Source: Strigamia acuminata (taxonomy: Eukaryota). From it: a stretch of DNA of 64,000 bases. A program made the translations under genes and the position numbers. The notes beneath the pieces are model-generated. The model was not told the DNA's origin. It ran no database searches and worked only from the letters and a program-made list of their open reading frames with translations. Location: positions 3,844,001 through 3,908,000 of the forward strand of contig OX442314.1 in NCBI GenBank assembly GCA_949358305.1, read 5' to 3'. How positions within the stretch are numbered: the stretch's first letter is position 1; each line of letters begins with the position of its first letter. Below, piece after piece: positions 55,033-64,000 of the stretch.

Positions 55033-58000
55033 AGGCCCATAATAACAAGGTTATTAGGCCTACAAAAAAAAATCTAACGTTTTATTTGTGAAAAAATGTC
55101 TACTAATGTAGTATGAGCAAACAACGAGCCCATCATTATTTTCAGCATCACAAGTCCACCCTTTATTCCCCTAAATAGACTCCAACCAATACTGGAAAAC
55201 CGGCCAGCAATCTCACTTCCATATCTGTCGTTGCCTTAAGATCGAGATTGTGTGACTAGGGTCTACCAGAGTCAAAACCGTAGGTGTTTTGACAAATTTG
55301 TGTCTTATAACACCTGCTCCATTATCGATTTTCCCAATATTTTATTTTATTATTATTAATGTTCATGTGTTTTATCTTATTCACTTAGATGTGTTAAGCA
55401 GATTTTTATTGCTTTGTGTCTTCTGATGCCTTAAGCATTAGGTATCATGCTGTTTTTTCTGTATAGCACATTAGTTATTAATTACGCCACCAGTGTGCAT
55501 CACACGCTTCTCAATATGGCGGCACACAGGCTGAAATGGCCTCCCTGTCTCTCAATATGTAAGTTGTTTATTTGATTAAATTTTTTCGTTTTGCTTCTTA
55601 TTCAATAGTTAAACATTAGCCAAACACATTGCTATAAGTGTTGGCCAACTCACGAGATTTACGGATGGACACTTTTCGCGTTTATTGTGTATTTCGCGTA
55701 CGTTACGCGTACGCTTTCCTGCCGCATGTCCGTGTTATCGATGCCTATTTCGGCGACGATCGTTTACTGATGTTTACCAACGCGTACGCTAAAGGTTTTT
55801 TGGCAGCAACGCTTCCACCGCCAAATTCGTTCAAAAACTGGATCACCAAGGTTGAATGAAACAACTCCACACACAGTAGCTCTCCCCGAACAAGGCACAC
55901 ATTCTCAGTTTGGCACCTATTGTTGCAAAGGAATTCAGTTTCCCAATCAGGGGCAAAAGCCTATCTGTCTTAATTTTCATTTTTTTAAAATTTGGTGCCA
56001 ACAAATGTATCTTCGTTGATACAATCAAATCGCTTTATTTCAATGGGGCGTGACTTGTTGTTTCACTACCTCCAGAGAGGGAAGGGGGTCAGTCTTATCG
56101 GATTTCTTTCTTTTATTATAGATCTCTTGTGTCCTCCCCTGTGTCTTTCAGGTGTCAGGGTTAAGATTGTATCTGGGTCACTGACCCCTGTTTCAGGCCA
56201 ATTCCAACAAATGAAGTAACATAGCATTGTTTGTCTTTCAGCACGTCTCTGTGCAAAGATTTCTGAAAAATATATTGGACTTAAAACATACATTCTTCTT
56301 TTCCCAATTTTCACATTGTATTTCTTTTAAGGTTTATGACTTAATCCTTTTTTCAAAATTTTTAAACCTACATATTTTTGATTTTACAAATAACTTATTC
56401 TTATTTTTCTAAATTTCACATTGTAACTCCTTTAAGATTTATGACCTGCCTTTCTCTCTTCCCCATCTAAAACCCCTGTTGTTGTCATCACTTTATCCTT
56501 TTGTTTTCATATTAGCTTTTATTCACCTGTGTGTAGTTTTACTTATTTATTTATTTATTTACTTATTTTTGTGTAAAATAAAATTCTAATTTATAGTTTA
56601 TTTCCGTCTGGTCTTGTGACCTTCCATTGCTTTCTCATTGCCTTGAGATTTCTTTATTTGTCACAACACATCTTTAGCATATTTATTTGTTCTAAACTTC
56701 ATCCTGGAGTAAAGATTTCCTACTTTCATTCTTTCTCCTTTTTGGTTTACATTTCTTTTGTTTTTTGTTGTCTCCCATGTCTCATTGCTCTCTTCATTAG
56801 GTCACGTCTGGTATTTGGTGTTTACTTCCTGGATCCAAAATTCAACTTTTTTTTTATTGTTTAAGCTTCACAAGCTCTCTGCCTCTCACTTCCATTGTGA
56901 ACCTTTGTCATGGCTGTATATTGAAACCCACATTCGACAATATTGAGATGCAGGAACAGAGCACCCCGCAGCATTGCCCAAGGTTGGTACTATAACAAAT
57001 CCACTTTGTCCCATCGTTTCCCTGAGTGGAAACGTCCTAATCATGCACCTTAGTTGTGCAAGAACTGATGCTGCTGACAACCGGCCCTCGGGTCCTGTTG
57101 AACCTAAGGCCATTTTTAACAACAACTACTAATGAAGTCGTTGTCCATGTGAAGAACCCAGTCTTCACTTTTTTGGTGACTTCTGAGCGGCCACCCAGAT
57201 CTGCTCTACCACCTCCTCCCGCCAAGCCTGTTGTTGACCTAGCTGAGACTGCTGCTGCTCACCTGAATCTCACAACTGTCAATGTGGAATCTGGAGAGTT
57301 GTTCAACAGTGAGGCATAGTTGGATCTGTCAGTCTGTAAGTCTTTTTAGTTCACTCTGTTCTATGTCATTTTATTTTTGTTTTTCATTTTTCCTTATTTC
57401 GTCTTTTATTCTGCTTTATTTTGTTTTTTACTTTGTTCTACTTTGTCTTTACTTTCTTATTTTATCCTGTTTTGATTTCGTTCTATTTTACTTTGTCATA
57501 TATCTAATTTTATTTTTACCTTATTTTTAATAAGTCAATTTCTTAACTTTGCATTTATTTTGTTATCCCTGTTTTTCTCTTAAATTTCTCCAATTATAGG
57601 TTCTGCAGCCTGTTGTTAAGTGGGCTACTGACCTCTTGTTACGCTGATGTGGATTATCCCTCATCAAGTGTCCTCCTTCACTCAGCCTGTGCCCGAGGCA
57701 GGGCTAGCGTCTGCCGGTTTCGGCCTGTCGTTTCGAGTGAATGTTACAATGTATAATCTCACTGACAATTCGATCACAGCCGTCATTGCCGTTTGTTAAA
57801 TTTCTCATCAACACATCAATAGTGTTTGCTGTGGCTGTCTGTCTATTCAGCCCTCTCTACCGGCCATGATGTCAACCGAGTTCCCGCCTCTTGTGGTTAC
57901 GCTTCCTCCCCCGACGTCATCTTCTACCTCAGGTGACACCGATAAAATTTTCGTTTGGTCTGACTGTGTTGTCTTGAGGCTAAACCGTGTCACCCATGTT

Positions 58001-59316
58001 TAATCCACCCATTTGTTAAATTGTAGCTCTTTACTCTGTCTATTAGTTTTTACTATGGATTTTTCTCCCTTTTTGTAACAAAACTCTAATTTACCAATAT
58101 CCTTTTATTTCTAATCAAACAGTCATGATAGTTATTATAAGACTCCCTCCCCCCAAAAAACGAGAAAAATCATGTTTATTTTTCCAGCCAAACAAATATC
58201 TACCTCCCCAAAAAAAAATGTCCGTTTTTCGCCATTTTCCATTTGTCTTCTGGGCTTTTTCCTCCGTGAGTCTTTTCTTGGCTATAGTCTGAATTTTACA
58301 ATTTTCCTTCAATTTTTCCGGTAAGAAAATTTTGAATTTTTCCTCAATTTCTCTTCCGTGTGTGGGAAAAATATTCCCCTAATCTTTTCAAATATTTTTT
58401 GTGTTTTTTATTCTATTTTTGTGTGAAATTCCGAGCAAAAGGCGTGTTGTTTTGCACCTTTTAAATTTTTCAAAGTTTCAATTCCTCACGAGTGGCTCTG
58501 TGGCCAGCTCCTCTCAGTTTTCCTCACTTTTCCTCCTCATCCCGGTCCCTTTTTGTGACTTTTTCTTCTTTTATCCTCAAAACTGACTCAGGATGAGAAC
58601 CGTTGTGCGGCCTTGAGTCGGTTTTTGGTGTGGAACCCATTTCCGTAGTTATTTTTACTGAATTCCCATAAAAAATGTCCACTTTGAGTAATTCTTGGTC
58701 TTTTGTGCTAAATTTCACCACCATAGTGATGTTTGATAATTCAGACGTGTCTTAACCACTTATTTTTCTTAACCAAAACTCATTAAATGCGCTCCCGTTG
58801 TTGTTCGCAGAGGTTAAATAGTGGTTTACTAATTTTACCAGGTTGAAACCTGTGTTTAGTCTTTTAACATCAGGACTTTATATAACTTTCTTTTTCCTAA
58901 TGGCTCCAGAACGTTTAGTTTGTACATGACAACTCTTTTTTTTCTTCTTTGGGACCGTCCCACTGGCCGAATTTCCACCGGTGGAACGATCGCCATTCGC
59001 TTACACTTTGCCACACTGTTTTCCAGTGTTTTGACTGCCTGACAAATTCTTTTTTATTTGTCTCTCGTTATTTTTCTTTTTAGTCATTACATTAAAACTT
59101 CTAGCATTTTTGAGCTTTTATCTCTGTGAAATTATTTTCATCGTACTGGATCTGTACGCAATTCCTTCTTACAATATTAAATTATTCTATGTTTTATCCT
59201 TATTTTTACCTTTGAGATGGCATCTGGAGTTTTTTTCCATTCTGTCATGGTATAATGTTTTTTAATAATATTCTCTTGCGCCCTGCAACAGTGTCAACTC
59301 GGTCTTGAATGCGTTA

Positions 59317-59631
59317 TTATTGCCGAGCACAAGAGATCGTTGTGTCGTCGTTTCCTTTTCGTCGTGACTCCACGTCGCTTCTCTCGTTTCATGTCAAAAT
59401 TCGCTGTCTTCGTTCAAAACGAACCCTGATCTTAAACCCGCTGTTTGTTGCTGTCAAAACGTGCAATTTTTCACCTCAGCTTCTTTCTGTCTGTATTTTA
59501 ACAGATCCGAACAGTCAGCTGCTGATTTTCTTTTTCAGTTGACTCGTGATGTCAAACTTTACACCCGACAACTCCTCTTTTCTAATTTGGGGCAGTCCTA
59601 CTGGTTGGACTTCCTCCCGAACCGTCGTCAT
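59317..59631 (-). pseudogene. Small ORF (105 codons) with three in-frame TGA
   Basis: MTTVREEVQPVGLPQIRKEELSGVKFDITSQLKKKISS*LFGSVKIQTERS*GEKLHVLTATNSGFKIRVRFERRQRILT*NERSDVESRRKGNDDTTISCARQ, then TAA TAA. Confidence 0.5.
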
Positions 59632-60304
59632 TCGGTCTCACTTTTACGCCGAACCGTCGAGTGTTCCAAACACCTGACAACCCCTCTTTTATCTGTTATT
59701 TCCTCCTTTTGCAGGCTTATTGTTTATTTGTTTTTTAACAGATGCCTCGATATTGTTGTGATCTTTGTTTTTTACTTACTGTCGTGAAACCTGGCATCTT
59801 TTTTTTTTTCTTCACATTAAAATCTGTTGTTTTTACTCTTTTTAACTCCTAGGTTTAACTCCTCTTTTAATCATTTTATTGTAGCGTTGTTTTGTTGTAA
59901 TTTTCCAAACACAAGTCCATGTAACTGTAGACAAATATTTTTATTTACCCTCAATTTAAACTCGAATTCATTTATCTTCTAAATTTATTTACAATTTAAT
60001 CCCATCTCAATTTTAATTTCATTCATAATCTGATCCTACGGTCAATTTCTCGCTATTTTATTTTTGTAGTCTTTTTATCCTTCATTACATTAAAATTGTA
60101 TCATTGTGATTCCATTTTTTACTGTATTGAATTCACATGTGATCCCTTGTTATAACGTTAAATTATTTTTTCTTTTTGTGTGTTTATTTTTTCATTAATA
60201 TAATAGATTTCTATTAGACTTTCGTATTTTTAGTATTTTTGTCATTGTAAAATGTCATTGTAAATGCGCCAAACCTCAAGCAAATATCTTTTCATTTATT
60301 CCTC

Positions 60305-60587
60305 TTATTTTCGAGATGTTATAATGATGTGCCAAAGTTTGCCTGCCCCTGTTTGCCCAAAACGAGCCCTGATCTTGTATTTGTTACTTCTCGCGCAAAC
60401 TCTCACTCTCTAGTTTCCTACAAGGTAATGAATAGTGATTCCTAGATCCAAATTCTCCACAATTCCTGTATTTTGTGAAAGTGTAGACACAGAACGGTAG
60501 CTGAACATCAACCTAACCTCAATCACACCATCATTGCTGAATCTGACAAACACAATGTGCTGTCGTTCGCCGATCTTTTTTCATCAT
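60305..60587 (-). pseudogene. Small ORF (~93 codons) related to the 61271-61577 ORF
   Basis: MMKK(1-nt slip in A run)IGERQHIVFVRFSNDGVIEVRLMFSYRSVSTLSQNTGIVENLDLGITIHYLVGN*RVRVCARSNKYKIRARFGQTGAGKLWHIIITSRK; one internal TAG at 60410-60412. Confidence 0.5.
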
Positions 60588-61270
60588 GACCTTATGTATT
60601 TTCAAATCCGTTACAAATTAATTCCATTTATAATTTATTCTCATTTATTTTTAACTTTATTTATAATTTTAATTTTGTTTATTCTCTGATTTCATTTATC
60701 TCGATTTCTCCCGTCCAATTCTGAATTCTTATTTATGATATTCGTTTTCTAATTCAAAAGGCCAAATAGCAGCCTGATCAAAATCACCCATGAAACCAAA
60801 TCTAATCAATCAAATGGTGCAACTCGTTCCAACCTGTTGGTTCAATTGTTTTACCAAAAGCAGTCCTAATTTCTTGCTGCAACTGTGCGATGAGGGTGTG
60901 TTTCCTAGGCGACTAATTCCCGCCTGTTAGTTTTAAATGCCTCGCTATTCAGACTGTTAATTTTAAACATTTCAATATTTTAGTGTTAAACATTCCAAGA
61001 TTCCGAACGTTAGTGTTAAATATTTGCATATTATTCACACACGTGTCCAACGTTGTTCTCCCTCGTGATTTTATACTGCCCATCAGTTTTCTACAAATTT
61101 CCCTGATCATTCCTGCTTGATTTCAAAGTTTCACCTGCATCTGTAATTTAATTTCACTTATGACCCAATTTCATGCACAATTCTATTTTCTCTGCATTTT
61201 AATTTAATTTATTTTCTTACTTCGTTCATAATTTCGCTTTATTAATTTCCTAATTTAGTTTCATTTATTT

Positions 61271-61577
61271 TTAAATCTCATATCCAGGGTCCCTTCTCCT
61301 GTCATATAACACCTCGTATATTTTTTGCCGCAGCACTAAAACGTTTTCCTTTGGAACGATGTCTGGGAATTTTTCCCCATCTTTGTTAGTGTATACTAAT
61401 TTTTTTTTTTGAAAGTTCGAACTCTTCAGAATACCTGTTTTGTAAACACACAAAATTGCAAACAAATCCTAACTTCATTTCGAATACGCCATCACTGTCA
61501 AATCTAGAAAAGCCAATATGGCGTCGTTTTTCTTCCGCCAGTTCGCCTCTCCTCAGCCAAAAGATCGCGCAGCTCAT
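61271..61577 (-). pseudogene. Small ORF (~101 aa) split by one extra base in an A11 run
   Basis: Track ORFs 61386-61577 and 61271-61465 join if the homopolymer at 61400-61410 is 10 nt. The joined frame fills the GC-richer block between two AT-rich spacers. Confidence 0.55.
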
Positions 61578-61887
61578 GGTGTAGCTGTCGCAAATTTAAC
61601 TTCATTTACATTTTAACTTTAATTATAATTTATTTCAATTCTATTTGCATTTTAATTTTAATTTTATAATTTTACTTCCGTTTGTAATTTATTACTATTT
61701 ATGATTTTACTTCCATTTACCATTTGATTCTCTCAGTTTTTTAGTTCGTGTCTGTGGCAGAACTGTGCCAAAAATTCAACTGTGCCGTTGATGTTGTCAG
61801 ATTTTCCGCTGATGTTCCACTCTCCTTTGCGTTCAGCCCTTTTTGAATAGATCTTTAAATTTAGTCTGCTCACGAAATCAGATTCAC

Positions 61888-62430
61888 TTAACCTGCTTGT
61901 CAGCCCTGTTTGGCAGCAATTAAACTCGCTTTCTTTCGTTCCTGCTGAGCTGGTCGTGCATTGCCTGCAGCTGTTCTTCATTGCTTCCATGCTTTTACAA
62001 AGAGATTCCCCACTTTCTTAAATGGGTGTTTAGTTTGCATCCCCCTGCAGTATGGTCATTTCTCCATCCTCCTGCAAAATCACAATCAACGGCTCACGTG
62101 TGTTGGAATCCACCCTAATGGTGGGCCTAATGTGATAGCTTGTACCGTCGCTTCACCTCCCAATAATGGAGAAGAGAACACAAACACGATGCGGACATTA
62201 AAATCGTCCCCATCAAGCCACAATTCCCCCTCTCAATCCACAAACAAGGCAGTTCAACTATCCAAACCACAGCATGGAAAACCACTCGAAAATGGTGTCT
62301 TGTCTTGTGTTGAGGCGATCACTATGGTTTTGTCGCCAGTCTTCGTCACCAGGTTCCATGGAGGGAAACTATTGTTCTTTTTCTCACTATTTTCGTTTTT
62401 CGATATTCCTCCTCCATTTTCTAACCGTTT
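61888..62430 (-). pseudogene. 181-codon frame with seven in-frame TGA, no clear start
   Basis: ...FPPWNLVTKTGDKTIVIASTQDKTPFSSGFPCCGLDS*TALFVD*EGELWLDGDDFNVRIVFVFSSPLLGGEATVQAITLGPPLGWIPTHVSR*L*FCRRMEK*PYCRG...; no internal TAA/TAG. Confidence 0.4.
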
Positions 62431-62870
62431 CTAGACCAAATTCTGTCCAGAATTCGTTTTTTGTACTCATCCAGATCGACTTCCGCTACTGGAGTATATA
62501 TTTTGTGCGTTTTTCATATCTTGGTTCCGAAGTTCGCTACCAGATGGCGTTTGGGCTTGTTGTAAACGAGCAAATTCAACCAATGTTTTTCCCAATGCTC
62601 CTCTCGGTCTTTGCACAGTTTTAGTCGTTTCCTGAATGCTTTTCAACTCTTTCCAGGTCATTCTTCCCCTTTTAACACTCTCCTGTGTTTTGTTTGCTGA
62701 AGTTTCGACTGGAATCCTCTCTTCTCAGCGCTTTTTGCCTTCGGAGCTTCACAACTCCGTCACCATTTGGCGCTCTTTATTTGTATTAATGCAAGAGTTG
62801 GTTCATTAATTTCTCTCTTGATTTCATCAGCATTTCGTGTTTTTTCACAGGAATATCAGCTGTCACACAT
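62421..62870 (-). pseudogene. Small basic ORF (150 codons) with five in-frame TGA
   Basis: ATG at 62870 to TAG at 62421 in one frame: MCDS*YSCEKTRNADEIKREINEPTLALIQIKSAKW*RSCE...KGEE*PGKS*KAFRKRLKLCKDREEHWEKHWLNLLVYNKPKRHLVANFGTKI*KTHKIYTPVAEVDLDEYKKRILDRIWSRNG; no internal TAA/TAG. Confidence 0.55.
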
Positions 62871-63772
62871 ACACATACACATTGCGGATTAAATGTTGAT
62901 CAGAGGAGATCAATGAATCTCTTTTGCCAAATTTTTCTAAGTTAAAACATTTTTCTTGCAAAGGCTCTAATTTTATCTTTATTTTTTCTTCGTTAGCCAT
63001 CTTGTTTTCTTTTGAAATTGGTCACTTTTACCTCAATTTTGTGTATTTTACTTCAATCCTTCTTGTTTATTATTTCCATAATTTTCAAAACTGGTTGTTT
63101 TTGTGACAGCCATCTTGGTCCGCCATTTTGTTTTTTCCCGAGACACTTGGATTTCATTATTTCTTTCCTTTTTATGTGTCACAACGTTTATCTGTTTCTT
63201 ACCTGGAATTTCATTTTATTATGATTTTTTGGCGGCCATCTTTGATCCGCCATTTTGAATTTTCATTATTTATGTTTTTGCTTTATTTTTCTTTATTTAT
63301 CCATTTCTCCTGTCGAAGTGATCCACCTGAGGTTATTTTATGACCCTCCATGTCGCTCTTTTTCGGCGACCATTTTGAATTCTTTTTTACTATTAGAATT
63401 TCCCTTCTCTTTCGGGAATTTTCTTTGATTCCTTCATTTTTCTTTATTTGTTCATTTCTTTTACATGACTCTAATTATTTAACCCCCCTCGGCAGCCATT
63501 TTTGGTCTGCCATTTTGTTTTTCTCAAAAACCTTCAAATTTCGTCATTTTTCTCTGTTTTTGTAAATTCTTGTTTAAACCTTAATTCAATTTCTTTAGTG
63601 ATTTTTGCCTCCCCCTAAGCTTGTTTCGTACTTCTTTTGTTAGTCTTAAGACCTAATTTGTTATCACTTACTTTAAACCGTATTGTATTTGTTTTTATCC
63701 TTATGGGTTTTCTATTTTCAGTTAAAATTGTTATAAATTATCCCCCCTATTAATCCTTTCATCGTTTCCTCT

Positions 63773-64000
63773 TTAATTTCCGCTTTCTAGCCTACCATAG
63801 TCAGCACCTGTCTTTCCACTTTTTCCAGTGCCACTCACAAACTGTTTTTCGACCTCTGAGCAGTCTTCTGTTTCTTCGATTGTAGCTTTTTCTGCTGTTT
63901 TCCTGCTTCTCGTTTTAGCCAACTTTATTTTCTTTTTCAGCAGGCTTTTTTGTTGGGGTCCTTCCCTAATCTCTTCCCATTTTTTGTCATTCATTAAAGG
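63773..64000 (-). CDS. 3' end of an ORF open to the window edge (possibly the C-terminus of a retroelement ORF)
   Basis: The frame has no stop up to base 64000 (PLMNDKKWEEIREG...RLESGN*); K/E-rich, no diagnostic motif. Confidence 0.35.
   Translation of the reverse strand, partial: PLMNDKKWEEIREGPQQKSLLKKKIKLAKTRSRKTAEKATIEETEDCSEVEKQFVSGTGKSGKTGADYGRLESGN

Larger units (their letters stand above)
55033..64000 (-). mobile_element. Internal region of the LTR element (continues past the window edge); no recognisable gag/pol/env
   Basis: Contiguous with the PPT/LTR; A-rich on the minus strand; no return to ABCA sequence; no ORF >160 aa and no RT/RNase H/integrase motifs seen. Confidence 0.6.

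Noticed and set aside
61961..62434. 157-aa plus-strand ORF as a real gene
   Set aside because: Non-ATG start and no motif. It overlaps the minus-strand frames, and open plus frames are expected on this T/C-rich strand. Not formally excluded.
59317..62870. TGA codons as selenocysteine or a bacterial code-4 insert
   Set aside because: No SECIS-like structure or redox motif was seen, TGG is used for Trp, and the contexts fit Arg better; there is no bacterial gene content.

Overview
Eukaryotic, intron-containing DNA, probably from an arthropod ((CCTAA)n/TTAGG-type repeat; inference). Bases 1-52948 hold 3.5 head-to-tail copies of a ~15.0-15.2 kb unit. Each full unit carries a minus-strand ABCA-subfamily (ABCA3-like) ABC transporter. 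I could splice 17 GT-AG exons in frame (4417 nt, ~1471 codons to the stop), with both nucleotide-binding domains. The expected N-terminal ~200 aa (TM1 and most of the first extracellular domain) is not in the unit. In its place is a chain of 41-80 nt micro-exons behind a GCCGCCATG, followed by CTCF-like motifs and a degenerate telomere-like array. The introns contain nested MITEs and minisatellites, and the copies are near-identical mosaics of one another. Copy 4 has a 1-nt frameshift and is cut mid-exon at 52949 by a minus-strand LTR element (2071-bp LTR with TGTCG...CGACA ends and a polypurine tract at 55020-55032). The element's visible ~9 kb interior has no gag/pol/env. It instead contains a series of short sense-strand reading frames (~90-180 codons), some related to each other, separated by A-rich spacers and interrupted mostly by TGA codons or homopolymer slips. 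All coordinates were read by hand.
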